64,000 nucleotides of DNA from Pseudomonadota bacterium. GTDB lineage: Bacteria > Desulfobacterota > Desulfobacteria > Desulfobacterales > RPRI01. Under the pieces are notes generated by a model, which did not search any database, was not told the DNA's origin, and was given only the letters and a program-made list of their open reading frames with translations. The stretch covers positions 105,892-169,891 of the forward strand of contig JBDRRF010000051.1 in the NCBI GenBank assembly GCA_043825875.1, read 5' to 3'. Shown in pieces: positions 18,543-28,600 of the stretch (its first letter is position 1; each line of letters starts with the position of its first letter). A program made the position numbers and the translations under genes.

Positions 18543-19364
18543 ATGGCAAATAACATAAAAAAACATGCCCGATATTTTCTACCTATTTTTATTTTAATTT
18601 TCACTTGTGGATTACTATCCTGTACATATTATTCCCGTCGTTTGATTTTTCAGCCTTACAAGATATATCCTATTCCGAAATTTTCCGATAGTGTAAAGCA
18701 TTTGGATCGGTTCTGGATAAAAACGGAACAGGGCAATGTGGAAGGCTGGATTCTAAAAGGTGATGGTGTCAATGAGAAACAGCCCGGCCCTTCGGTAATT
18801 ATAGCTCATGGCAATCGTGAATTGATAGATTATTATTTGGATCGTGTCAAAGCATATCAACAGATGGGTTATACGGTGCTATTGGGTGAGTACCGTGGCT
18901 ATGGCCGGAGTGCCGGATCACCGACAAGAGAAAGGATTGCCGCGGATTATAAGAAATTTTATGATTATCTAGCTTCACTTCCGTTTGTAGATAACAAGCG
19001 TATTGTTTTTCATGGGCGTTCACTGGGAGGCAGCGTTTTAAGTGAGCTTTCAAGAGAAAGAACTGCTGCTGCCATAATTGTGGAATCGTCATTTACATCG
19101 ATAAAAGATATAAGCGGGGCTCCTGATTTTCTTATTTCAGATAACTATGACACAGTATCGGCTCTTTCTGACTATAAAGGCCCGGTTTTAATCATTCATG
19201 GAATTAAAGACGATGTGATATCCGTAAAATATGCCCGTGAAATGAATAAAAGTATTCCGCAGGCCAAATTGATCCTTTATGAATTCGGACATAGCGATGG
19301 GCCACCGAATTGGGAAAAGTACTGGCAGGATATCACTGAATTTCTACAAGCTATCTCAAAATAA
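18543..19364 (+). CDS. Alpha/beta hydrolase, probably exported
   Basis: HGN, EYRGYGRS, GRSLGG, IIHGIKDDVI, GH. Confidence 0.9.
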   Translation: MANNIKKHARYFLPIFILIFTCGLLSCTYYSRRLIFQPYKIYPIPKFSDSVKHLDRFWIKTEQGNVEGWILKGDGVNEKQPGPSVIIAHGNRELIDYYLDRVKAYQQMGYTVLLGEYRGYGRSAGSPTRERIAADYKKFYDYLASLPFVDNKRIVFHGRSLGGSVLSELSRERTAAAIIVESSFTSIKDISGAPDFLISDNYDTVSALSDYKGPVLIIHGIKDDVISVKYAREMNKSIPQAKLILYEFGHSDGPPNWEKYWQDITEFLQAISK

Positions 19365-19484
19365 ATATAACATTCTGTAAACAGCAAGCCCTAAGATAAT
19401 AATCCCGATTATAAGCGATAGTATTAACTGATCAGTGCTGAATCTCATATTTGCCAATTCTTATACCAAATAGCCATCATACCG

Positions 19485-19562
19485 TGTCATTCCGAACGTA
19501 TGTGAGGAATCTTAACATTGATTTTACTGAATCTAAGATTTCTCACTTTGTTCGAAATGACA
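19485..19562. repeat. TGTCATT...AATGACA REP-like palindrome
   Basis: TGTCATTCCGAAC...GTGAGGAATCTT / AAGATTTCTCAC...GTTCGAAATGACA. Confidence 0.8.
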
Positions 19563-19579
19563 AATGAGTTTTTATTCCT

Positions 19580-19663
19580 TGAACCATGAACCGTGAACCG
19601 TGAACTTTGAACCCTTCCCCTTGCACCTTAAACCGTGAACTGTGAACCGTAAACCGTGAACTT
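19580..19663. repeat. 12 x 7-bp intergenic tandem repeat (TGAACCG consensus)
   Basis: Direct reading. Confidence 0.9.
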
Positions 19664-19669
19664 TTCCTA

Positions 19670-20887
19670 TCATTCCCTATCCAACCCGAATTCCGCATGA
19701 AGAACACGAACCGCAAGCTCGGCATATTTTTCTTCTATGAGACATGATATTCTGATTTCGGAAGTACTTATCAGAAGTACATTTATATTTTCTCTTGCAA
19801 GAACCGAAAACATTCTTGCGGCTACACCGGAATGGTTCTTCATTCCAACACCTATTACAGAAACCTTGGCAACATTTTCATCAACTAATACAGCTTCGGC
19901 ACCTATTTCACTTGCAACTTTATTTTCAATCTCTACTGCCTTTTTAAAATCCGATTTGGGAACTGTAAATGTAAGATCAGTCAATTTTGCAGCACGGGTA
20001 TTTTGTATTATCATATCTACAAGTATCCCGGCATCAGCAATCGGAGAAAATATTTTTGCGGCTATACCCGGCTGATCGGGAACTTTTTTCAAAGTAATAC
20101 GAGCTTCGTTTTTGCTGTGTGTAACACCGGATACGACAAGTCTTTCCATATCCGCAGATTCATTTACTACCATAGTTCCCTCCTCAAATGAAAATGATGA
20201 TCTAAGATGTATAGGCACATCATATTTTTTGGCAAATTCAACGGATCTGATCTGTAAAACCTTTGCCCCAAGGCTAGACATTTCAAGCATCTCGTCATAG
20301 GATATCTTATCAAGTTTTCTGGCCTTTTTGCATATATTGGGATCAGCAGTATATATTCCATCAACATCGGTATATATTTCGCACATATCGGCTTTAATCG
20401 CTGCAGCTATAGCTACGGCTGTTGTATCCGAGCCTCCGCGCCCAAGAGTTGTCAGATTTCCATAAGAATCTATACCCTGAAAACCTGCAACTACTACTAT
20501 CATTTTCTGACCAAGATATTTATTGATATTATCAACATCGATTCCGGCGATTCTGGCGCTTCCAAAATCGCTGCTGGTCTTAATTTTAATTTGATGGCCG
20601 AGAAGTGATACGGCAGGGTAGTTCATACCCTTTAACATCATGGCAAGAATAGCAACCGTTGTTTGTTCTCCCGTGTTAAGAAGAACATCAAGCTCACGTT
20701 TATCAGGAGAATAAGAGGCCTGATTCGCCAGATTAATAAGATTGTCGGTAACCCCTGACATCGCTGAAAGGATTACTACTACGTCGTTTTTTCCATCAAA
20801 GGTCTTTGATACGCGCATCGCCACATTGCGTATACGTTCAATATCACCTACCGATGTTCCACCATATTTTTGTACAATTAAACTCAT
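19670..20887 (-). CDS. lysC: Aspartate kinase
   Basis: VQKYGGTSV, TTLGRGGSDTTA, DVDGIYTADP, two ACT domains. Confidence 0.97.
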   Translation of the reverse strand: MSLIVQKYGGTSVGDIERIRNVAMRVSKTFDGKNDVVVILSAMSGVTDNLINLANQASYSPDKRELDVLLNTGEQTTVAILAMMLKGMNYPAVSLLGHQIKIKTSSDFGSARIAGIDVDNINKYLGQKMIVVVAGFQGIDSYGNLTTLGRGGSDTTAVAIAAAIKADMCEIYTDVDGIYTADPNICKKARKLDKISYDEMLEMSSLGAKVLQIRSVEFAKKYDVPIHLRSSFSFEEGTMVVNESADMERLVVSGVTHSKNEARITLKKVPDQPGIAAKIFSPIADAGILVDMIIQNTRAAKLTDLTFTVPKSDFKKAVEIENKVASEIGAEAVLVDENVAKVSVIGVGMKNHSGVAARMFSVLARENINVLLISTSEIRISCLIEEKYAELAVRVLHAEFGLDRE

Positions 20888-20894
20888 TTTATCC

Positions 20895-21374
20895 TCATAA
20901 ATCGTTTATAAGACCGGCGGCATCACCTCCGTGGGCGGTTATATGAATTTTTCTTATATCATCGCCCGTTATTTCAAAGTGAATTGCCAAATATTTATCC
21001 AGAAAATCATTTTTTAATAAGTCGGGCCATTCAATAGCAAAAACTCCGAATCTGTCAAGTATTTCATAAAGCCCTGTATCAAAAATATCGTCTTCATCTG
21101 CTAAGCGGTATAAATCAATATGAAAAAGGGGGATACGCCCCGGATATTCATGAATTATAGAGTAAGTCGGGCTTGTAATATAAAATTTATCCGGAACTTC
21201 AAGTCCTTTGGCAAAACCCTGAACAAAAGATGTTTTTCCGCTACCAAGCTCTCCTGTCAATGCAAGTATGATTTTATCTTTAATTTTTTTGCCTATTGTT
21301 TCTCCCAGATTTTGAGTTTCCTCACAGGAATTTGTAATAGTATCTGCAATCAGATTATCACCGTTCATGTTCAT
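20895..21374 (-). CDS. tsaE: tRNA t6A biosynthesis ATPase
   Basis: GELGSGKT, SPTY, HIDLYRL, IEW. Confidence 0.96.
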   Translation of the reverse strand: MNMNGDNLIADTITNSCEETQNLGETIGKKIKDKIILALTGELGSGKTSFVQGFAKGLEVPDKFYITSPTYSIIHEYPGRIPLFHIDLYRLADEDDIFDTGLYEILDRFGVFAIEWPDLLKNDFLDKYLAIHFEITGDDIRKIHITAHGGDAAGLINDL

Positions 21375-21399
21375 ACTGTAGCCTTTTTCATAAATCTTC

Positions 21400-22953
21400 T
21401 TAAATTCCTTTAGTATGAACTCCTATTTGTTCGGGTAGTATTTTTAACATATCGGATGCGATATAACCAAAAGGCCCCATGCTTTCAAAAAGAGCATCTC
21501 CGGTAGCCCCGTGAAGATAAACACCCAACTTTACAGCATCTTTAGCCGAATAATTCTGGGCTAAAAAGCCTGTAATAATACCGGTTAAAATATCTCCCAT
21601 TCCACCGGATGCCATACCCGAATTTCCGGTTGAATTTATAAAAACTCTGCCATCCGGATGTGCAATTACAGTTCCGGCTCCTTTTAATACCAGATGAACG
21701 TTAAACTCTGTAGCAAATTCGCGGGCACAGGCAACCCTGTTTTTCTGAATCTGTGAAACGGTTTTACCTGTGAGTCTTGACATCTCCCCTGGATGAGGAG
21801 TTAAAACAACCGGAGTCTTAAGTTTTTTAAGTACAGATGTTTCTTTGGCAAGAAGATTAAGAGCGTCCGCATCAATAACAACCGGAACCTCTATTTCATG
21901 AAGTAATCTGATAACAAGTTTTTTGGTAGAAGGATCGGTTCCAAGACCAGGGCCGATAGCAATACATTTCTTACCGGAAATATTGTGCATAACTGCATCA
22001 AAGGATGATTCGGAAAGAAATCCCTCGGAATTCTCCGAAAGGGCACAGGACATAACTTCAAGAGTTGTGGATTCAATTGCACTATGAAGGCTTTTGGGTA
22101 CACCGAGAGTCACAAGTCCGGCGCCTGATCTCATTGCAGCCATAGCAGTCATAGCTGCCGCTCCGGTTTTTCCTGGAGAGCCGCCAATAATAAAAACATG
22201 GCCTGTACTTCCTTTATGAACATCTTTTATTCTCGGTTTTAAAATAGTATTTATCTTTTCATGTGTAAGCAAATACTGTTTCGGCCCTATTTTATCGGCA
22301 ATAAAACTAGGAATACCAATATCTATGATTTCAACTTCACCGCTATGGTGAGCACCGGGATATATATAATGTCCCAATTTGGCATATCCGAAAGTTGCTG
22401 TTACAACAGCATGAATACATTCACCATGTATCTGGCCATTGTCAGAATCGATTCCGGAAGCAATGTCAACAGCAAACACTGGTTTTTTAAGACTGTTTAT
22501 AAACCCTATCACATCTTTAATATATCCTTTAATATCGGATTTCAGACCCGTTCCGAATATCGCATCAACCCATACATCTTTGTGACGCATGGAATTTTGG
22601 TTCACAACAAATGCCTCATTGTCTGTAATCTCAATAAAAGGAATGCCCAGCGGGTATAGTAATTCAAGATTTGCAAGAGCATCCCCTTTTACAAGCGATG
22701 CCTTTGACAAAAGGTATACACTTACGTCAAAGCCTTTTTGCAAAAGCCGTCTTGCTATAACAAAGCCATCACCACCGTTATTTCCGCGCCCGGCTATAAT
22801 CCCGACTTTTTCGCTGCCCTTGATGCAGATTTTATCAAGAAGTACTTGCGTTGCACCGCACCCGGCATTTTCCATGAGCACTCTGCCGGGAAGTCCAAAA
22901 TCTATAGTACTTTTATCCATCTGCTGCATTTCACTTGCTGTTGTTAAATACAT
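21400..22953 (-). CDS. nnr: Bifunctional NAD(P)H-hydrate epimerase/dehydratase
   Basis: LMENAG, GNNGGDG, DAIFGTG, IDADAL, TPHPGE, GGMGD. Confidence 0.96.
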   Translation of the reverse strand: MYLTTASEMQQMDKSTIDFGLPGRVLMENAGCGATQVLLDKICIKGSEKVGIIAGRGNNGGDGFVIARRLLQKGFDVSVYLLSKASLVKGDALANLELLYPLGIPFIEITDNEAFVVNQNSMRHKDVWVDAIFGTGLKSDIKGYIKDVIGFINSLKKPVFAVDIASGIDSDNGQIHGECIHAVVTATFGYAKLGHYIYPGAHHSGEVEIIDIGIPSFIADKIGPKQYLLTHEKINTILKPRIKDVHKGSTGHVFIIGGSPGKTGAAAMTAMAAMRSGAGLVTLGVPKSLHSAIESTTLEVMSCALSENSEGFLSESSFDAVMHNISGKKCIAIGPGLGTDPSTKKLVIRLLHEIEVPVVIDADALNLLAKETSVLKKLKTPVVLTPHPGEMSRLTGKTVSQIQKNRVACAREFATEFNVHLVLKGAGTVIAHPDGRVFINSTGNSGMASGGMGDILTGIITGFLAQNYSAKDAVKLGVYLHGATGDALFESMGPFGYIASDMLKILPEQIGVHTKGI

Positions 22954-22975
22954 TTTAGCTCCAAAGATACTGACT

Positions 22976-24130
22976 TTACATTTTTCTCTTGTCGTTGAAT
23001 ATATGATTCGATATTACTACTTTCTGGATTTCCGATGTTCCCTCGTAGATTGTAAATACTCTTGCATCCCTATAGAATCTTTCAACCGGATATTCTTTAA
23101 TAAAGCCATAGCCTCCGTGCATCTGCAATGCCTTTGCCGTAACGCGGTTTACCATTTCGGAGGCAAATAACTTTGCCATAGAAGCCTGAAGAGTATAGTT
23201 TTCACCTTTGTCTTTTATGGCTGCTGCCGAATACATTAACTGGCGCGCGGCTTCAACTTCGGTTGCCATTTCAGCAACCATCCACCGAAGGCCCTGAAAT
23301 TTCGATATAGTCTGCCCGAACTGTTCACGTTGGGTTGCATACTTCACTGCTGCATCAAGCGCTGCCTGTGCTACACCGACTGATTGGGCCGCAATTCCAA
23401 TTCTGCCACCATCTAAAGCCGACATTGCTATTTTAAAGCCATCCCCTTCATTACCAAGAAGATCACTCTTATGTACCCGGCAATTTTCAAATATAAGATC
23501 GCAGGTATCGGAACCGCGAAGTCCCATTTTGTCTTCTACTTTTCCTACCAAAAATCCAGGAGTATTCTTGGCCACAATAAATGCACTTATGCCCTTGTGC
23601 TTTTTTGCTGGATCAGTATTTGCGGTAACTATTGTAAGTCCTGCGTTTTTCCCGGTTGTTATAAAGCGTTTGGTACCGTTTAATAAATAATAATCGCCTT
23701 TTTTTTCAGCCGAAGTCTTCTGGCTTACCGGATCGGAGCCTGCCTGCGGTTCAGTCATGGCAAAAGCACCAATCATTTTTCCTGATGCAAGAGATTTTAA
23801 ATACCTTATCTTCTGGTCATCAGTCCCGTAACGCATTATGCTTTCGCATACTATGGAATTATGAACAGACATCACAACAGCGGTTGAAGCACACGAGTAT
23901 GCAATTTCGGAAAGGGCAAGGACATAGCTTATAGTATCAGTGCCCGAACCTCCGTATTCGGGAGGAATCATCATACCCATAAGCCCGAGCTCAGCCATTT
24001 TTTCAAAGTTTTCAGCCGGAAACTCCTTGCTCAGATCACGCTCCATAGCTGTAGCAGCAACAAATTTGCGGGAAAACTCCCTTACCATGTCACGGATCAT
24101 CAACTGTTCATCAGTAAGATAAAACGGCAT
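22976..24130 (-). CDS. Short-chain (butyryl-type) acyl-CoA dehydrogenase
   Basis: AMTEPQAGSD, KMGLRGS, GGRIGIAAQ, HGGYGF, IYEGTSEIQ. Confidence 0.95.
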   Translation of the reverse strand: MPFYLTDEQLMIRDMVREFSRKFVAATAMERDLSKEFPAENFEKMAELGLMGMMIPPEYGGSGTDTISYVLALSEIAYSCASTAVVMSVHNSIVCESIMRYGTDDQKIRYLKSLASGKMIGAFAMTEPQAGSDPVSQKTSAEKKGDYYLLNGTKRFITTGKNAGLTIVTANTDPAKKHKGISAFIVAKNTPGFLVGKVEDKMGLRGSDTCDLIFENCRVHKSDLLGNEGDGFKIAMSALDGGRIGIAAQSVGVAQAALDAAVKYATQREQFGQTISKFQGLRWMVAEMATEVEAARQLMYSAAAIKDKGENYTLQASMAKLFASEMVNRVTAKALQMHGGYGFIKEYPVERFYRDARVFTIYEGTSEIQKVVISNHIFNDKRKM

Positions 24131-24152
24131 TTTATTTCTCTTTAAATATAAG

Positions 24153-24176
24153 TTTTTCCCAATTGCTTGGGAAAAA
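24153..24176. promoter_or_regulatory. Perfect 10-bp-arm palindrome upstream of the acyl-CoA dehydrogenase
   Basis: TTTTTCCCAA-TTGC-TTGGGAAAAA. Confidence 0.45.
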
Positions 24177-24499
24177 GGGGTCCAGGATTCGAGGGGTCAA
24201 GGGTTCAAGGGTTGTTTCTCTCACAAACCCATTTTCAATACTACAATATGTAGAGAGACCCGTAACTCTTATTTTGAAAATTGCTTTTGTTGCCATAGTG
24301 AACATCTACTTTCCCCCTCTCCCTTGTGTGAGAGGGCCAGGGTGAGGGGGAAATAATAAGGTGGATCATTCTTTCTTTCACCCCCACCCTAAACCTCCCC
24401 CATCGATGGGGAGGGAATTTAAAGCCGATATCTGCTACTTTAATTTTTTGCTTTTTTTGCGCTTCACTCGAATCCTTGAATCCTTGACCCCTCGAACCC
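24177..24499. repeat. Inverted 8-bp tandem arrays enclosing a CCCCTCTCCC-type REP-like element (24311-24417)
   Basis: GGGGTCCA GGATTCGA GGGGTCAA GGGTTCAA ... TCGAATCC TTGAATCC TTGACCCC TCGAACCC. Confidence 0.85.
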
Positions 24500-24538
24500 T
24501 TATAGCATCATCAATTCTTTTAAAGAAGATCCTAACTC

Positions 24539-25093
24539 TCACGGGCTGTAAATAACTACAATAAGCTCGGCAATTTTCTTACCGATATTTTTCAGCATAT
24601 GCCTGATCCCGGAATTAAAATGGAGTGAATCACCCTCTGAAAGTTTGTTTATATGTTCTCCTACAGTCACCTCCACTTTTCCTTTAAGCACATACACAAA
24701 TTCTTCACCTTCATGATTATACCCTACGCCTTTATGCTCCTGCAATGGCTCAATAGTTACCTTAAAGGCTTTTAAATGCTTTTTTTCCGCTCCCGGTGTA
24801 AGAGTGTTATAAGCGTAATTTTCCGTTCGCTTGGTATAGTCTTTACTACGTTTTTTTAAAGCCGATTCCTGCTCTTTAAGAAAAAACCCCGAATCTATTT
24901 CAAGAGCTTTTGCAATCTGGAGAAGTGCTCCGACAGGAGGAAACACGCTACCTGCCTCAATATCTTTAAGATAATCTATTGAAAAACCAGTTTCATTTGC
25001 TATCCGGTCAAGAGCAACCTTTTTTTGGGTTCTGATTTTCTGGATTTTCTTTCCTACCCCAACAATGGAATCGGCTTTTTTTTTCACCATCAC
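24539..25093 (-). CDS. XRE-cupin transcriptional regulator
   Basis: N-terminal HTH; HEGEEFVYVLKG...GDSLHFNSGIRH cupin. Confidence 0.93.
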   Translation of the reverse strand: MMVKKKADSIVGVGKKIQKIRTQKKVALDRIANETGFSIDYLKDIEAGSVFPPVGALLQIAKALEIDSGFFLKEQESALKKRSKDYTKRTENYAYNTLTPGAEKKHLKAFKVTIEPLQEHKGVGYNHEGEEFVYVLKGKVEVTVGEHINKLSEGDSLHFNSGIRHMLKNIGKKIAELIVVIYSP

Positions 25094-25106
25094 ATAACCT
25101 CTATTT

Positions 25107-25247
25107 AGTGTCTGAAAGAAAACTAGGAATTTTAGTTGAGACCAAGGCGAGCGAAAATTTTAACCGCAGGAATATGTAGAATATTTCGAGGATTAAAATT
25201 TGAGCTTAACGCAGATATCGGCTAAAAAGACAGTTTTCTTAGACACT
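25107..25247. mobile_element. MITE variant: same core, different terminal arms
   Basis: TIRs AGTGTCT..AAGAAAACT / AGTTTTCTTAGACACT, TSD ATTT; core AAGGCG...AACCGCAGGAATA...TATTTCGAGGATTAAAATTT. Confidence 0.8.
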
Positions 25248-26097
25248 ATTTGTATTCGTAAAAACCCCGCCCCGTCTTTTTCCCAAGCCATCCTGCTTCT
25301 ACATATTTTCGAAGCAGCGGACATGGCCTGTATTTAGAGTCTTTGAATCCGTCATACATTGTTTCCATAATAGCAAGACAGGTATCAAGTCCAATAAGAT
25401 CGGCAAGGGCAAGAGGGCCCATTGGATGATTCATCCCAAGTTTCATAACAGTGTCGATATCTTCTTTTTTTCCCACTCCATGATAAAGGCAGAATATAGC
25501 TTCATTTATCATGGGCATAAGAATCCTGTTCGCAATAAATCCCGGAAAATCTTCTGAAGCAGCCGGAGTTTTGCCGAACTTGATCGAAAGATCCCATGTT
25601 GTTTTATAAGTCTCATCGGATGTTGCGATTCCGCGTATTACCTCAACAAGCTTCATTACAGGCACTGGATTCATAAAATGCATCCCGATTACTTTGTCCG
25701 GTCTTTTTGTCTGGGATGCTATACGTCCTATCGGAATTGAAGAAGTGTTTGTTGAAAGAATTATATTTGCAGGACATATCTTATCAAGGTCTTTAAATAT
25801 CTGAAATTTTAAAGTCTCGTTTTCCGTAGCAGCTTCCACAACAAAATCTGCGTCTGCCATATCTTTAAGATCTGTACTCGTTTTAATGCGTTTTAAAACA
25901 GCATCTTTTTCTTCAGCAGTCATCTTTCCCTTGTCAACACTTCGGGAAAGGTTTTTTGTAATTGTAGCAAGCCCGCGCTGCACAAATTCATCTTTTATAT
26001 CATTCATTATAATTTCAACACCGCTCATTGCAGCAACCTGAGCAATACCGTTTCCCATCTGACCTGCTCCGATAACACCAAATTTTTTAATTTCCAT
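25246..26097 (-). CDS. hbd: 3-hydroxybutyryl-CoA dehydrogenase
   Basis: GAGQMG, NTSSI, GMHFMNP, NHPMGPL, DLIGLD. Confidence 0.96.
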   Translation of the reverse strand: MEIKKFGVIGAGQMGNGIAQVAAMSGVEIIMNDIKDEFVQRGLATITKNLSRSVDKGKMTAEEKDAVLKRIKTSTDLKDMADADFVVEAATENETLKFQIFKDLDKICPANIILSTNTSSIPIGRIASQTKRPDKVIGMHFMNPVPVMKLVEVIRGIATSDETYKTTWDLSIKFGKTPAASEDFPGFIANRILMPMINEAIFCLYHGVGKKEDIDTVMKLGMNHPMGPLALADLIGLDTCLAIMETMYDGFKDSKYRPCPLLRKYVEAGWLGKKTGRGFYEYK

Positions 26098-26116
26098 TAT
26101 TTTCTCCTTTATTCTT

Positions 26117-27289
26117 TTATCTTTTTACAACCAAAGCAACTGCTTCTCCACCGCCGAGGCACAGGGAAACAAGCCCGGTTTTCTTATCCTGTTTTATCAT
26201 TTCATGCAAAAGGGTAACAAGCACACGGCATCCACTGGCTCCAATGGGATGTCCAAGAGCCACACCACCGCCGTTTACATTTACTTTAGAAGGATCCAGG
26301 TTGAGTTCGCGAAGAACTGCCACCGTTGATCCGCTGAAAGCTTCGTTTATTTCATAAAGGTCTACATCTTCTTTTGAAATACCTTCTTTTGCAAGGCACT
26401 TCGGAATAGCCCATATGGGAGCAACAAGCACATACTTCATGTCTATGCCATATGAAGCCTGGGCGCCTATCGTTGCCATGATATTGCATCCGAGTTCTTC
26501 AGCTTTGTCTCTTGACATAACTACAACGGCAGCAGCGCCATCGCTTATTATTGAAGCATTTCCGGCAGTACCAAGCCCGTCTTTTTTAAAAGCGGCTTTC
26601 ATCTTTGAAAGCATTTCATAGCTCGTCTCCTGGGGGCATTCATCCGTATCGAAAATCTTAACCCCTTTTCTTGTCTTAACTTCAACAGGAACAATTTCAT
26701 CCTTAAAGCGGCCTGAAGAAATTGAATGCAATGCACGTCTGTAAGATTCGTCTGCATAACGATCCTGGTCTTCCCGGCTTATGTTGTACTTTTCGGAACA
26801 TAATTCATTAGACATTCCCATATGGAAATCATTTACTATATCCCACAGGCCATCGTTAATCATGTGGTCTTTTAATTTTCCTTCCCCCATACGGTACCCA
26901 AAGCGTGCCTTATCAAGATAGTATGGAGCCAAGCTCATACTTTCCATGCCTCCTGCTACAACAACTTCGGCATCTCCTGTTTGAATTGCCTGCGCCGCAA
27001 GCATCACTGTTTTTAAGGCTGAACCGCAAACCTTGTTTATGGTAATGCTTTCCGTTTCCCATGGCATATTAGCCAGCACAGCAGCCTGTTTAGCCGGATT
27101 CTGACCGTAACCACATGGCAGTACTAATCCCATCATAACTTCATTAACATCTTTTTTGTCTATGCCAGCTCTTTTAACAGCTTCCTCAATTGCAATAGCT
27201 CCGAGCGTTGTGGCTCCTACACTTCCTAAAGACCCATTAAAACTGCCAAGAGGTGTCCTGACAGCGCTAACAATAACAGCTTCTTTCAT
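26117..27289 (-). CDS. Acetyl-CoA acetyltransferase (thiolase)
   Basis: NKVCGS, NEAF, GHPIGASG, CLGGG. Confidence 0.97.
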   Translation of the reverse strand: MKEAVIVSAVRTPLGSFNGSLGSVGATTLGAIAIEEAVKRAGIDKKDVNEVMMGLVLPCGYGQNPAKQAAVLANMPWETESITINKVCGSALKTVMLAAQAIQTGDAEVVVAGGMESMSLAPYYLDKARFGYRMGEGKLKDHMINDGLWDIVNDFHMGMSNELCSEKYNISREDQDRYADESYRRALHSISSGRFKDEIVPVEVKTRKGVKIFDTDECPQETSYEMLSKMKAAFKKDGLGTAGNASIISDGAAAVVVMSRDKAEELGCNIMATIGAQASYGIDMKYVLVAPIWAIPKCLAKEGISKEDVDLYEINEAFSGSTVAVLRELNLDPSKVNVNGGGVALGHPIGASGCRVLVTLLHEMIKQDKKTGLVSLCLGGGEAVALVVKR

Positions 27290-27356
27290 GTTTTCTCCCT
27301 TATTCAAAGTTTACGGTTACAAATTTTGATAGTATCGCTTTGCCAGTATATCGACA

Positions 27357-27728
27357 CTATGAAAGCTCCTTTATCATTTTTTTGATTGCATTGGAAAGAG
27401 GCTTCAATTCGTGACAAATTATCCAAAACACTTGTTCAGCATCAATATTAAAATATTGATGTGCAATTATATCTCGAAAACCTTTAATTCCTGTCCAATC
27501 TATTGCAGGATATTTCGCAAAAAGCTCTCCATTTGTAATTTTATCTACATTTTTAAGACTTTCTCCAATAGCCATGAAAAGCATACATATCCCATCAAGC
27601 TTTTCAATTCCTTCAGGCGAATCAGTAAAATAACTCGCACTATCGATTTTTGCAGATCGGGTTAAAATCTTTTCAATCGCTTCATCTGATTGCAAAAGGA
27701 TAATACGTGCTGTTTGCCTATCAAACAT
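27357..27728 (-). CDS. HEPN/DUF86 ribonuclease toxin
   Basis: IGE, RDIIAHQY (Rx4H). Confidence 0.9.
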   Translation of the reverse strand: MFDRQTARIILLQSDEAIEKILTRSAKIDSASYFTDSPEGIEKLDGICMLFMAIGESLKNVDKITNGELFAKYPAIDWTGIKGFRDIIAHQYFNIDAEQVFWIICHELKPLSNAIKKMIKELS

Positions 27729-28014
27729 AAATACCTTCTTTTTCAATTCTATCTTTCAGGTATGGATTCATCTTTTCCCATACACGCACGATATCCACTT
27801 TTTTATGAACACGCTTTTCGATATCATCCTTAATATGCACTAAAATAAAAGGATTGGGAGTAGTAGTTTTAATACAAATATCAACATCACTACTCTCTAT
27901 TATTTCATCACGAGCAACAGAACCAAATATCCCGATGGAAAGAATCCCATATTTTTCTGCAAAATGCTTTTTATAATCCCGAAGGATGTTAAGAATATCA
28001 CCTTTTTGCATCAC
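27721..28014 (-). CDS. Minimal nucleotidyltransferase antitoxin
   Basis: FGSVAR...SDVD. Confidence 0.92.
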   Translation of the reverse strand: MMQKGDILNILRDYKKHFAEKYGILSIGIFGSVARDEIIESSDVDICIKTTTPNPFILVHIKDDIEKRVHKKVDIVRVWEKMNPYLKDRIEKEGIYV

Positions 28015-28069
28015 TTATCCCCTATAATATCCTATTAATATTTTTCATTAGAAGATTAAGAAGAACTCG

Positions 28070-28600
28070 TCATATATTTTTCTTTTCAAATAAAACAAAT
28101 AAAGCTATTGCCACAACCCAAAATATTGGGACAATTATCCACTGTGATATTCCTATTGTTTCAGGAAGCCCGATCTTTCCAAAATCTTTCCATGATAGAA
28201 TCGTTGATTTAAAAAACGGGTATAGTTCTGCATATATCGCAGCTCCGGCAAGCATTCCGATTACAGCAAAAACAGCATGCCAACGTCCTTCTCCTATAGC
28301 TCCGATCGAAGTTCCAGGACAAAATCCCATTATTGCCCATCCTGTTCCAAATAGTGCACCTCCTAGTACTACAGCACCGACATTCATAGGCTTGCGACTT
28401 AATGCTATAATACCGGCATCCGAAAGAAGAAGTATGCCTACCATCCCAACCAATATAGCAGACAACATGAATTTAAATATTGTCATATCCTTTAACAACA
28501 TTGCACCAACCTGTTTATCAAAACGAAGGACACGTCCTTTTTGCAGCAAAAATCCGAATACTACTCCGGTAATAAGCCCCAACCACTGTTCTGTGCTCAT
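28070..28600 (-). CDS. YeeE/YedE sulfur-transport family protein (C-half)
   Basis: GGALFGTGWAIMGFCPGT. Confidence 0.88.
   Translation of the reverse strand: MSTEQWLGLITGVVFGFLLQKGRVLRFDKQVGAMLLKDMTIFKFMLSAILVGMVGILLLSDAGIIALSRKPMNVGAVVLGGALFGTGWAIMGFCPGTSIGAIGEGRWHAVFAVIGMLAGAAIYAELYPFFKSTILSWKDFGKIGLPETIGISQWIIVPIFWVVAIALFVLFEKKNI

Noticed and set aside
19580..19663. Possible CRISPR array; ORF 19543-19725
   Set aside because: The 7-bp units have no unique spacers and there are no cas genes; the ORF is just the translated repeat.
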